From NCBI GenBank assembly GCA_035250005.1, contig DATFFM010000106.1:9723-73722 (forward strand): a stretch of DNA of 64,000 nucleotides. Direction: 5' to 3'. Of the stretch, positions 27,179 to 35,915 are shown one piece after another. Positions within the stretch are counted from its first letter, which is position 1; each line of letters starts with the position of its first letter. The notes below the pieces were generated by a model. That model did no database searches, was not told where the DNA came from, and worked only from the letters and a program-made list of their open reading frames with translations. Source of the DNA: Vicinamibacterales bacterium (GTDB lineage Bacteria; Acidobacteriota; Vicinamibacteria; Vicinamibacterales; 2-12-FULL-66-21). The translations under genes and the position numbers were made by a program.

Positions 27179-27711
27179 TCGTCGCTCTCTGGCTTCTGGC
27201 CGCGCAGGGCCTCATCGGCGCATTCGACACGCTCTATTACCACGAATGGCGGGCGCGCCTGCCGGCGCAGGGCGCGCAGTCGGCTCCGGAGCTCAAGCTG
27301 CACGCCGCACGCGACTTCTTTTACGCGGTCTTGTTTGCCACCCTTCCGTGGCTTGCGTGGCGCGGTCGATGGGTGCTGGTCCTCGCGGGCGTCTTGATTG
27401 CGGAGATCATCCTGACGCTGAGGGACTTCGTCGTGGAGATCACCGTCCGCAAACCGATTGGAGATGTGTACGCCGGCGAACGGGTCACGCACGCCGTGAT
27501 GGGGATCCTGTACGGCGCGATGATCGCGGGGCTGACCCCGGCGATGATCCGGTGGTGGTCGTTGCCGACGGGTCTCGTGATGGCGCCGCCTGACATCCCG
27601 GACGCGCTGCGGTGGGGTCTCGTGATGATGGCGGCGGGCGTCTCGGGATCGGGTCTCCGGGATTTGTATGCCGCCTACCAGCTCCCGTACGCGAGCTGGC
27701 CCTGGCGGTGA
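27175..27711 (+). CDS. hypothetical 4-5 TM membrane protein
   Basis: ATGA overlap with the upstream gene. FDTLYYHEWRARLP motif and hydrophobic segments. Confidence 0.55.
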   Translation: MIVALWLLAAQGLIGAFDTLYYHEWRARLPAQGAQSAPELKLHAARDFFYAVLFATLPWLAWRGRWVLVLAGVLIAEIILTLRDFVVEITVRKPIGDVYAGERVTHAVMGILYGAMIAGLTPAMIRWWSLPTGLVMAPPDIPDALRWGLVMMAAGVSGSGLRDLYAAYQLPYASWPWR

Positions 27712-28133
27712 TCCGCCGGCGCCGCTTCCATCGGATCGTCTTCACCGCCGCGGGGCTCTACAACATCCTGTGGGGCGTGTGGTCGATCGCCGATCCGCAG
27801 TGGCTGTTCCGGTTCACGGGAATGCCGCTCTCCAATCATCCCGCCGTGTTTGCGTGCCTCGGGATGGTCGTCGGTCTTTACGGTGTTCTCTATCTCGAAG
27901 TCGCACGGGTCCCGGAGCGCGGATGGCTGATCGGTGCCGTCGGCCTCACCGGGAAAGTCCTGGGACCCGTCGGCATGTCGTGGTTGATCTGGACCGGCAC
28001 CTGGCCGCCGTCAGCGGTTGTCTTATGCCTCACCAACGATTTGATCTGGTGGATCCCGTTCGGGTTGTACCTGCGTGATGCGTGGCCGGCGTTCCGGGCG
28101 GATCACCGAGCGCCCGTCACGCGCGGACGCTGA
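27708..28133 (+). CDS. hypothetical 4 TM membrane protein
   Basis: GTGA overlap with the upstream gene. IVFTAAGLYNILWGVWSIADPQW; four hydrophobic segments. Confidence 0.5.
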   Translation: MIRRRRFHRIVFTAAGLYNILWGVWSIADPQWLFRFTGMPLSNHPAVFACLGMVVGLYGVLYLEVARVPERGWLIGAVGLTGKVLGPVGMSWLIWTGTWPPSAVVLCLTNDLIWWIPFGLYLRDAWPAFRADHRAPVTRGR

Positions 28134-28183
28134 CGCTCGCGCAATATGGCCCGGCTCTTGCCTCTGCCCCAGCGGAGCAGTAT

Positions 28184-28981
28184 GTGGCAGCGAAGAGCTG
28201 GCTCGACATCGTCGATGCGCTGTACGAAGGATCCTGGAACACGGAGCTGCGGCGCTTCCGTTCCCCGTTCGCGTTCCGCGGACTCGGCTCCGTCGAACAC
28301 ATCCTGACGAGCACGCTCGTCCGGCTCGCAGGCGACAAAGCCGACATTCACCGGCTGGAGCTCGCGCTGCTGCGGAACTTCCGCAAGTACGCCAGGGTGG
28401 AAGGGGCCGAAACCGGCTCGATCTGGAACTGGCTGGCGCTCGGCCAGCACCACGGGCTCCCGACCCGGCTGCTCGACTGGAGCTATTCACCGCTCGTCGC
28501 CCTGCACTTCGCGACCGAGAACCTGGCCGAGTTCGATCAGGATGGCGCCGTCTGGTGCATCAACTTCGTCGAGGCCAACAAGCGGATTCCGCGACGGCTC
28601 CAGCAAATCCTGACTCAGGAGGCGTCCGACACCTTTACCGTCGAGATGCTCGCCGGATTCGACACGCTGCGGCAGTTCGATGCGCTGTCGCGCAAACCAT
28701 TCGTGGTCTTTCTTGAGCCGCCGGCGGTGGACCGCCGGATTCTCAACCAGCTCGCGCTCTTCTCGTTGATGTCGGATCCGGCGGCGGTTTTCGACGACTG
28801 GCTGCGAGAGCACCCCGAGCTCTGCCGGCGAGTCGTCATCCCCGCGTCGGTCAAGTGGGAGATCCGCGACAAGCTCGATCAGGCAAACGTCAACGAGCGT
28901 GTGCTCTTCCCCGGCCTCGACGGCCTGAGCCGTTGGCTCGCCCGGTACTACACCCCCACTGGCCCCACTCGCCGGCGCTGA
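28184..28981 (+). CDS. FRG-domain protein
   Basis: Name-giving FAFRGLG motif and LGQHHGLPTRLLDWSYSPLVALHFA. GTG 28184 has GGAG 6 nt upstream. Track start 28082 would overlap the upstream gene by 52 nt. Confidence 0.75.
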   Translation: MAAKSWLDIVDALYEGSWNTELRRFRSPFAFRGLGSVEHILTSTLVRLAGDKADIHRLELALLRNFRKYARVEGAETGSIWNWLALGQHHGLPTRLLDWSYSPLVALHFATENLAEFDQDGAVWCINFVEANKRIPRRLQQILTQEASDTFTVEMLAGFDTLRQFDALSRKPFVVFLEPPAVDRRILNQLALFSLMSDPAAVFDDWLREHPELCRRVVIPASVKWEIRDKLDQANVNERVLFPGLDGLSRWLARYYTPTGPTRRR

Positions 28982-29033
28982 TGGCGGCGCTCGGAATACC
29001 GCTTGCAGCCTCCTTTCGGCGTAAGGAGGCATC

Positions 29034-29954
29034 ATGCAAATCGGAGAAATCGCGGCCGAAGGCGTTCTGCGCGTCAGAACGCTGATGGCGAACGTGTACA
29101 TGGTCCGGACGGGCAGCTCGTGGGTGCTCGTCGATGCGGGGCTGGGCGGGTACGCGCGCACGATCATGTCGGCGGCCGATCAGTTCATCGGCCCCGGTAA
29201 AGCGCCCGAAGCGATCGTCCTGACACACGGGCATTTCGATCACATCGGTTCGCTCCAGGCGATCCTCGAGGAGTGGCCGGTGCCCGTGTACGCGCACCGG
29301 CTCGAGCGGCCGTATCTCAATGGCGAGTCGGCGTACCCGCCGCCGGATCCGCTCGTCGGACGCGGATCGATGGCGCTGCTGTCGCGGCTCTATCCGCGCG
29401 GTCCGATAGACGTCGGCAACCACCTCAACGTGCTGCCCGATGACGGCAGCGTCCCTGCCATGCCGGGATGGCGCTGGATCTTCACGCCCGGTCATACGGC
29501 TGGCCACGTCTCACTCTTCCGCGCGCACGACTCGACGCTCATCGCCGGCGATGCGGTCGTCACCACCAAGCAGGAGTCGGCGATCGCGGTGATGATGCAG
29601 CGCGAGGAGATGCACGGACCCCCGGCGTATTTCACGCAGGACTGGAAGTCATCCGCCGAGTCGGTGCGCAAGCTCGCGGCGCTCGAGCCGGAGGTTCTGG
29701 CCACCGGGCATGGCGTCGTCTTTCGCGGCGCGCCGATGCGCCAGGCGCTGCATGCACTGGCGGCCAACTTCGAGCAGACCGAAGTACCGCAGTACGGCCG
29801 GTATGCCAAGGATCCCGCGGTCACCGACGAACACGGCGTGGTTCGGCTACCGCCGGATCCGTTTCCGAAAATCGCGGCCGGTCTCGCCGCGGCCGTGGTC
29901 GCCTTCGGGCTGATGTCGCAGGCCGGCCGTCTGCGCCGCTCGGCATCCCGTTAA
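29034..29954 (+). CDS. MBL-fold metallo-hydrolase with C-terminal TM anchor
   Basis: GGAGG SD; THGHFDHIGS; TPGHTAGH; C-terminal IAAGLAAAVVAFGLM. Confidence 0.8.
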   Translation: MQIGEIAAEGVLRVRTLMANVYMVRTGSSWVLVDAGLGGYARTIMSAADQFIGPGKAPEAIVLTHGHFDHIGSLQAILEEWPVPVYAHRLERPYLNGESAYPPPDPLVGRGSMALLSRLYPRGPIDVGNHLNVLPDDGSVPAMPGWRWIFTPGHTAGHVSLFRAHDSTLIAGDAVVTTKQESAIAVMMQREEMHGPPAYFTQDWKSSAESVRKLAALEPEVLATGHGVVFRGAPMRQALHALAANFEQTEVPQYGRYAKDPAVTDEHGVVRLPPDPFPKIAAGLAAAVVAFGLMSQAGRLRRSASR

Positions 29955-29983
29955 CCGCAGGGACGACGTAAGCTGGCCGGTGC

Positions 29984-30973
29984 ATGCTCGCGATCGAGAT
30001 CTCGCAGCCGGGCGGACCCGAAGTGCTGCAGCCGGTCGAGCGGCCGCTGCCCGAGCTTCACGCCGGCGACCGGCACGACCTCCTGATTCGAGTCGAAGCC
30101 GCGGGAGTCAACCGGCCCGACATCATGCAGCGGGAGGGGAAGTATCCCCCGCCGCCGGGCGCCTCGGACGTTCCGGGTCTCGAGGTGGCCGGCACGGTGA
30201 TGGAAGCGGCGGCCGGGAGCCGATGGCACTCGGGCGACCGGGTGTGCGCGCTGGTCGCGGGCGGCGGATATGCGGAGTACTGCGCCGCGCCGGCGGCGCA
30301 GTGCCTGCCGATCCCGTCGGGGATGGATGCGGTGACGGCGGCGGCGATCCCTGAGACGTACTTCACCGTCTGGACCAATCTGTTCCAGCGGGGCCATCTG
30401 GGGGCCGGCGAACGCGTGCTGATCCACGGCGGCACGAGCGGCATCGGATCGACCGCCATCCAGCTCGCGCGGGCGTTCGGCGCGACCGCCTACGCGACTG
30501 CGGGCACCGACGAGAAATGCGAGGCCTGCAGAACCCTGGGCGCGGCCGAAGCCATCAACTACCGGACGCACGACTTCGTCGAGGCGATCGGGGAACTGAC
30601 CCGCGGCGGCGGCGTGGATGTGGTCCTCGATATCATCGGCGGCGAGTACCTGCGGCGGAACATCGCCTGCCTCCGCCTGCACGGGCGACTGGTACAGGTC
30701 GGCCTGATCGGCGGCTCGACGTCGCAGATCGATCTCCGCCCGATCCTTCAGAACCGGCTCACGGTGACGGGATCGACGCTGCGGCCGCGAACCGTCGAGG
30801 AGAAAGGCTCGATCGCGCGTGAGCTCGAAGAGAAGGTGTGGCCGCTGCTCGCGCGCGGTGACGTCCGTCCGATCGTGCACGCCACGTTCCCGCTGCGCCA
30901 GGCGGCCGAGGCCCACCGGCTCCTCGAATCCGGCGAGGTCGTCGGCAAAGTGGTTCTTACGGTCGCCGCCTGA
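29984..30973 (+). CDS. qor: NAD(P)H:quinone oxidoreductase (zeta-crystallin/PIG3-type MDR)
   Basis: VEAAGVNRPDIMQREGKYPPPPGASDVPGLEVAGTV, HGGTSGIGSTAIQLA. Confidence 0.85.
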   Translation: MLAIEISQPGGPEVLQPVERPLPELHAGDRHDLLIRVEAAGVNRPDIMQREGKYPPPPGASDVPGLEVAGTVMEAAAGSRWHSGDRVCALVAGGGYAEYCAAPAAQCLPIPSGMDAVTAAAIPETYFTVWTNLFQRGHLGAGERVLIHGGTSGIGSTAIQLARAFGATAYATAGTDEKCEACRTLGAAEAINYRTHDFVEAIGELTRGGGVDVVLDIIGGEYLRRNIACLRLHGRLVQVGLIGGSTSQIDLRPILQNRLTVTGSTLRPRTVEEKGSIARELEEKVWPLLARGDVRPIVHATFPLRQAAEAHRLLESGEVVGKVVLTVAA

Positions 30974-31334
30974 TCCTGATGACGATCGCGGCGATGAGCG
31001 CCGCACCCAGCGTCACGCCGGCGACGAACCACTCATCGCCGGGCGGCGTGTTGTTCGGCAGCGCCGACCAATAGAGCGACTGCAGCGTCCGCAGGACGAC
31101 GGCCAGGAGTGCGAACGACGAGAGCTGCCGGCCGTCAGGGGTGCCGTTCCACAATGCGAGTCCGGCCGCGGCGGCCAGCGCCGCAACACCGCCGTGGATC
31201 ACGAGCTCGATCGCCGCGACCGCACCGCGATAGGCGATCGTCGGAAAAACGGCCAGCGCCTCCGCGGCGAATCGCAGCGGTTCCCAGAAGATCAGCAGCG
31301 CGGCGATGACGCGAAGCATGACACCCGCCGGCAT
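30957..31334 (-). CDS. small 4-TM membrane protein
   Basis: ATG 31334 with GGAG 7 nt upstream, supplied by the last heptamer unit. The upstream part of track ORF ..31580 is only translated repeat. Confidence 0.5.
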   Translation of the reverse strand: MPAGVMLRVIAALLIFWEPLRFAAEALAVFPTIAYRGAVAAIELVIHGGVAALAAAAGLALWNGTPDGRQLSSFALLAVVLRTLQSLYWSALPNNTPPGDEWFVAGVTLGAALIAAIVIRIRRRP

Positions 31335-31341
31335 GGAACGA

Positions 31342-31434
31342 CTCCAAGCTGCAAACTCCAAACTGCACACTTCAAACTCCAAAGGTACTCGCTTTGCACC
31401 TTTTGAAGTTTGAAGTTTGAAGTTTGAAGTGTGG
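31342..31434. repeat. inverted heptamer arrays: 6 x CT(C/G/T)CAA(A/G) then 4 x TTTGAAG, forming a long imperfect hairpin
   Basis: Left array 31342-31383, AAAGG/CCTTT closing pairs, 13-nt loop 31386-31398, right array 31402-31429. Lies between the vWA stop (31439) and the small membrane gene start (31334). Confidence 0.85.
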
Positions 31435-31438
31435 CGTC

Positions 31439-33436
31439 TCAGCGCCTCAGATCCGGAGTCGATGTCGTGTGCTTCCCATCGAGCGCCGAGGCGAGATCTG
31501 CCAGCCGGATGAACTCGGCCCGGTATCCGTCGGGATCGCTGCCGCGATGCTCTCGGGCCAGCGACAGGACGTGTTGCCATGAAGCGGAACCCATGAACTC
31601 CGAACGGCGCAGCAGCATCCCGAACTCCGCGACGGCCGCCGCGAATCCGAGGTTCGCCGTCATGCGCGATTCCCTGTCCCGCACCGGGAATTCCAGGAGC
31701 CTGCTCGTCTCGCCTTCGGTGCCTGCCCCGAGCTTGTCGAGGGGGACCTTGTACCGGATCTTGATGTTCATCAGCTCGGTCGAATTCGTCGCGATCGTCC
31801 TCGCAGGAGGCTCCACCGTCTGCTGATACTTCAGCGGGTCCACGTCACCGCCCGGGACCGGTTCCCCGGCCGGCACGATTTCGTACAGGGCGGTCACGGC
31901 ATGCCCCGCGCCCATCTCGCCCGCGTCCTTCCGGTCGTTGTTGAAGTCTTCTTTCCGCAGGATGCGGTTCTCGTAGCCGACGAGGCGGTAGGCGGCCACG
32001 AAGCGCGGATTGAACTCGATCTGGAGCTTCACGTCCTTCGCAACGGTCACGAGCGTCGATCCGGCCTCGGCGATGAGGACCCGCCGGGCCTCCTGGATGG
32101 AGTCGAGGTAGGAGTAATTCCCGTTCCCCTTGTCGGCCAGCATCTCCATCGTCGAGTCCTTCAGGTTGTTGTCGCCCACGCCGAGCACCGAGAGAAAGAT
32201 CCCGCGTTCCCGCTTCTCTTCGATGAGTCGGAGGAGCGCCGCCTGGCTGGTGACGCCGACGTTGAAGTCGCCGTCGGTCGCGAGGATCACGCGGTTGATG
32301 CCGCCGCGGGCAAAGCTCCCGGAGGCGAGGTCATAGGCGAGCTCGATGCCGGCCGCGCCGTTGGTCGAGCCGCCGGCGCGCAGGTCGGCGATGGTCGAGT
32401 TGATGACGTGCTTGCGGTCACCGGACGTAGGCTGCAGCACTACTCCGCTCGCGCCCGCGTAGACGACGATCGCGACCCGGTCCTCAGGGCGGAGCGTATC
32501 GACGAGCATCCGCATCGCCGTCTTCACAAGCGGCAGCCGGTTCTCCGGCGTCATGGAGCCCGAGACGTCGAGCAGGAACGTGAGGTTGCGCGGGGGAGTG
32601 CGCTCCTGCTTGACCGGCGCGCTCCGCAGCCCCACGAGGGCAAGTTTCGTCTTCGGGTTCCACGGTGATGCGGCGATCTCGGTCGTGACCGAGACCGGCG
32701 CATCCGCCTGGGGCGCGGCATAGTCGTACTTGAAGTAGTTGATCAATTCTTCGATCCGGACGGCGTCCGGCGGCGGCAACCGCCCTTCGTTCAGAAAACG
32801 CCGGACGTTCGCATATGAGGCGGTATCGACGTCGACGGAGAAGGTGGAGAGCGGATGTTCGAGGACGCGGCGGAACCTGTTCTCCTGGATTCCCGCGTAG
32901 GAGGCCGTGTCGGGCCGCGACACTTCGATCAGGCCGCGGTGATGCAGGTACTCGTACTGCCCCGGGTAAACCGCTTTCCCTGACGATCCCCCTCCGATGC
33001 CCGCGCCGGTGCCGGAACCAGGCGGCGGCGGTGCAGCCGGCATGGCAGCCGCGAACGGGACGTTCCGAGCCTCGCCGGTGTCCGTTTGCTGGACGACTAC
33101 GGTCTCGGAAGCCACGCCCACTTTCAGGACCACGGTCAGCACCGGCGGCGGCGCAGCCTCTCGAAGAGCAACTACTGCCTCGGTCGTGACGAAGCCAGCC
33201 ATCGTCATGCGGACCCGGTAATCGCCTGGCGCCACCTTCTCGAACCTCCAGTCGCCGTTCGCGTCGGAGGTGGTCCGCTGCCGAACGGTGGCCCCCTGGC
33301 GCAGCTCGACCGCGACCCCGGGCAGTGCTCCACCGGCGGGATCGACGACTTTTCCCGCGATGCTCAGGGTCTGGAGGGGGGCGGCGTGGCCGACGGCCAG
33401 CAGGCAGAAAACAACGACGGGCGCGAGAAAGCGCAT
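31439..33436 (-). CDS. secreted von Willebrand factor A protein (CarboxypepD_reg N-domain, VWA, YfbK/DUF3520-like C-terminus)
   Basis: Signal peptide MRFLAPVVVFCLLAVGHA; MIDAS LTFLLDVSGSM; VILATDGDFNVG; GGAGG SD. Confidence 0.85.
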   Translation of the reverse strand: MRFLAPVVVFCLLAVGHAAPLQTLSIAGKVVDPAGGALPGVAVELRQGATVRQRTTSDANGDWRFEKVAPGDYRVRMTMAGFVTTEAVVALREAAPPPVLTVVLKVGVASETVVVQQTDTGEARNVPFAAAMPAAPPPPGSGTGAGIGGGSSGKAVYPGQYEYLHHRGLIEVSRPDTASYAGIQENRFRRVLEHPLSTFSVDVDTASYANVRRFLNEGRLPPPDAVRIEELINYFKYDYAAPQADAPVSVTTEIAASPWNPKTKLALVGLRSAPVKQERTPPRNLTFLLDVSGSMTPENRLPLVKTAMRMLVDTLRPEDRVAIVVYAGASGVVLQPTSGDRKHVINSTIADLRAGGSTNGAAGIELAYDLASGSFARGGINRVILATDGDFNVGVTSQAALLRLIEEKRERGIFLSVLGVGDNNLKDSTMEMLADKGNGNYSYLDSIQEARRVLIAEAGSTLVTVAKDVKLQIEFNPRFVAAYRLVGYENRILRKEDFNNDRKDAGEMGAGHAVTALYEIVPAGEPVPGGDVDPLKYQQTVEPPARTIATNSTELMNIKIRYKVPLDKLGAGTEGETSRLLEFPVRDRESRMTANLGFAAAVAEFGMLLRRSEFMGSASWQHVLSLAREHRGSDPDGYRAEFIRLADLASALDGKHTTSTPDLRR

Positions 33437-33507
33437 GAGGAACCTCCGCGGCCGCGGGCGGTGACGAACCGGGCCTACGGAGGTTTAGACACACGCGAGG
33501 CGATTTT

Positions 33508-33537
33508 GGATGGCCAGCCGGTTCGGCTTGGCCATCC
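33508..33537. other. strong GC hairpin (13-bp stem, one bulge, 3-nt loop)
   Basis: GGATGGCCAGCCG-gtt-CGGC(t)TGGCCATCC, between the small ORF stop (33567) and the vWA start (33436). No U-tract in the minus-strand sense, so not a classic terminator. Confidence 0.5.
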
Positions 33538-33566
33538 GGCGGTTCGCAAGGGTCCTGCCGGCGCTG

Positions 33567-33923
33567 TTAGTCGGCCCCGATCTTCTTCCCCGCCGCGACC
33601 TTCAGGTACCCGGGATCGAACCGCCACGCGAGGTGGCCGATCACCGACGGAGCCAGCGGCGACAGCAGGTTGCTGTTGAATTCCGCCAGGTTGACGTCTC
33701 CGTCCGGCAGACTGCAGCCCCCGGTTGGAGCCCGGTCAGGATCGCTGGGATCGCAGTCGTCGCGAAGCACCACCACGCGCTCGTCGCGAGGGTCGTCTGC
33801 GGTGGGTGTGGCGGCGCTCGCCACCAGCACGTGCGACACCTGCCAGCAGCGCTCCAAAGAGTCCAATCTTTCGCATCTCTCTACCTCCGACGAGATGCCG
33901 CGGGGCAAGTCCGGTGCCCGCAT
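33567..33923 (-). CDS. small hypothetical protein; probably a frameshifted secreted protein (see findings)
   Basis: The body frame reads ...TPTADDPRDERVVVLRDDCDPSDPDRAPTGGCSLPDGDVNLAEFNSNLLSPLAPSVIGHLAWRFDPGYLKV. The best SD (GGAGG) and signal peptide (MRKIGLFGALLAGV) lie in another frame at ATG 33876. Confidence 0.4.
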   Translation of the reverse strand: MRAPDLPRGISSEVERCERLDSLERCWQVSHVLVASAATPTADDPRDERVVVLRDDCDPSDPDRAPTGGCSLPDGDVNLAEFNSNLLSPLAPSVIGHLAWRFDPGYLKVAAGKKIGAD

Positions 33924-33964
33924 CCCGCCAGAAAACCCTGAACAAACAAGGCCCTTCGAGAGAT

Positions 33965-35878
33965 TCACACATCGAGCTCCTCCGCCTCCTCCGCGCGGTC
34001 CATGATGAATCGGAACCGCGCCGACGGATCCTTCCCCATCAGCTCGTTGATCACCCGGTCGGTGACGATGTGATCGGCGATCTCCACCTTCAACAGGCGT
34101 CGTGTCCGCGGATTCATCGTCGTTTCCCACAGGATCTTCGGCATCATTTCGCCGAGCCCCTTAAACCGGGTGATCTCCGGGTTCCCACGGCCGTTGCCGT
34201 GCAGCTTCAGGATCCTCGCTTTGTGCGCATCGTCGAGCGCCCAGAAGCTGTCCTTGCCGATGTCGATCCGGTAGAGCGGCGGCTGGGCGAGAAAGACGTG
34301 CCCCTGCGTGATGAGCCCGGGCATGTGGCGGTAGATGAACGTGAGGAGCAGCGTCGCGATGTGATGGCCGTCGGAATCGGCGTCGGCCAGGATGATGATC
34401 TTGCCATAGCGCAACCGCGCGGCGTCGAAGTTCTTGCCCAGCCCGCAGCCGAGCGCGGTCACGAGATCCGACAGCTCCTTGTTCTCGAGCACCTTGGCGA
34501 GCGACACGCTTTCGGTGTTGAGCACCTTGCCGCGCAGGGGCAGGATGGCCTGGCGTGTGCGGTCGCGCCCCTGCTTGGCCGATCCGCCCGCGGAGTCCCC
34601 TTCCACGATGAAGATCTCGCTCTCCGCACGGTCGGGCGACGAGCAGTCGCTCAGCTTCCCGGGCAACGTCAGCCGCGACGAGGTCGCGGTCTTGCGCGCG
34701 ACTTCCTGCTGGGCGGCGCGGCTCGCCTCGCGGGCGCGCGCGGCGAGGATGATGCGTGCCACGATCGACTCGGCGATGCTGATGTTCGTGTTCAGCCAGT
34801 GCTCCAGCGCCGGCCGGATGGCGGAGTCAACCAGCGCCATCGCTTCCGCGTTGTTCAACCGGTCCTTGGTCTGCCCCTGGAACTGCGGCTCGGCCAGAAA
34901 CACGCTCAGGACCGCGACGAGCCCCTCGCGGATGTCTTCCGCCGTCAGAGTCACCCCCTTGGGCGACAGGTTGTGGGTATCGATGAAGTTGCGGACGGCC
35001 TTGCCGAGGCCGGCGCGGAAGCCGTTCTCGTGCGTGCCGCCCGAGCCGGTCGGAATGCCGTTGACGTAGCTGCGGACGTGCTCGTCGGTCGACTGCGTCC
35101 ACTGCAGCGCGAGATCGAGCCGCACGCCGCCGTCTTCGCCGTCGCGCGCAAGGGTAAACGGCGCCTCGTGCACGGGGGTTGCGGTACGCTCTGTCAAAAT
35201 GGTCTTGAGGTAGTCGGCGAGACCTTCGCTGTGCTGGAAGACCTGCTTCGTTTTGTGCGCCTCGTCATCGAACGCGATCTTGACGCCTCGGTGCAGGTAA
35301 CTCGACACCTCGAGCCGCTGGCGGATCGTTTCGGGATCGAACTCGATCTTCGGAAAAATCGTGGAGTCCGGCCGAAAGAACACGGTCGTGCCGCTCCCGC
35401 GCGCCGGGCCGACTTTCTTGAGCGCGCCGACAGCATGCCCCTGCTTGAAGCGCATCTCCCACTCGGCGCCGTCCCGCCTGACGGTGGCGACGAGCTCCTT
35501 CGACAGGGCATTGACCACGCTGGCGCCGACGCCGTGAAGGCCGCCGGACGTCTTGTAGTTGCCCGCCTCGAATTTTCCGCCAGCGTGCAGGGTCGTGAAG
35601 ATCACCTCGATGGCGCTCTTTTTCGTTTTCGGATGCTTGTCGACGGGGATCCCGCGCCCGTCGTCGGCAATCGTGATCGACGAACCGTCGGCGTGGAGCG
35701 ACACGACGATGCTGGAGGCGTAGCCGTTCATCGCCTCGTCGATGGAGTTGTCGAGGATCTCCCACACGAGGTGATGGAGCCCGGCGGCGCTGACGCCACC
35801 GATATACATTCCCGGCCGCTTGCGTACGGGTTCGAGGCCCTCGAGGACCGTGATGTCTTTCGCGGTATAGGTTGCCAT
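33965..35878 (-). CDS. type IIA topoisomerase subunit B (GyrB/ParE family, short form)
   Basis: GLHHLVWEILDNSIDEA, GGLHGVGASVVNALS, EGDSAGGSAKQGRDR, PLRGKVLN, ILADADSDGHHI. Confidence 0.9.
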   Translation of the reverse strand: MATYTAKDITVLEGLEPVRKRPGMYIGGVSAAGLHHLVWEILDNSIDEAMNGYASSIVVSLHADGSSITIADDGRGIPVDKHPKTKKSAIEVIFTTLHAGGKFEAGNYKTSGGLHGVGASVVNALSKELVATVRRDGAEWEMRFKQGHAVGALKKVGPARGSGTTVFFRPDSTIFPKIEFDPETIRQRLEVSSYLHRGVKIAFDDEAHKTKQVFQHSEGLADYLKTILTERTATPVHEAPFTLARDGEDGGVRLDLALQWTQSTDEHVRSYVNGIPTGSGGTHENGFRAGLGKAVRNFIDTHNLSPKGVTLTAEDIREGLVAVLSVFLAEPQFQGQTKDRLNNAEAMALVDSAIRPALEHWLNTNISIAESIVARIILAARAREASRAAQQEVARKTATSSRLTLPGKLSDCSSPDRAESEIFIVEGDSAGGSAKQGRDRTRQAILPLRGKVLNTESVSLAKVLENKELSDLVTALGCGLGKNFDAARLRYGKIIILADADSDGHHIATLLLTFIYRHMPGLITQGHVFLAQPPLYRIDIGKDSFWALDDAHKARILKLHGNGRGNPEITRFKGLGEMMPKILWETTMNPRTRRLLKVEIADHIVTDRVINELMGKDPSARFRFIMDRAEEAEELDV

Positions 35879-35915
35879 GCGGAAAATGTGATGTTAACAG
35901 AGGTAGCATAGGGGC

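Noticed and set aside
31335-31580. N-terminal extensions of the small membrane protein (..31580) and of cyanophycinase (61769..61975) that contain FKLQTSNFKLQ-like sequence.
   Set aside because: These residues are translations of the TTTGAAG repeat arrays. Internal ATGs with SD or signal peptides (31334, 61768) give sensible proteins.
33508-33537. Intrinsic terminator between the small secreted-protein ORF and the vWA gene.
   Set aside because: The hairpin is strong, but in the transcribed (minus) sense it is followed by AAAATCG rather than a U-tract. It is recorded as a generic stem-loop only.
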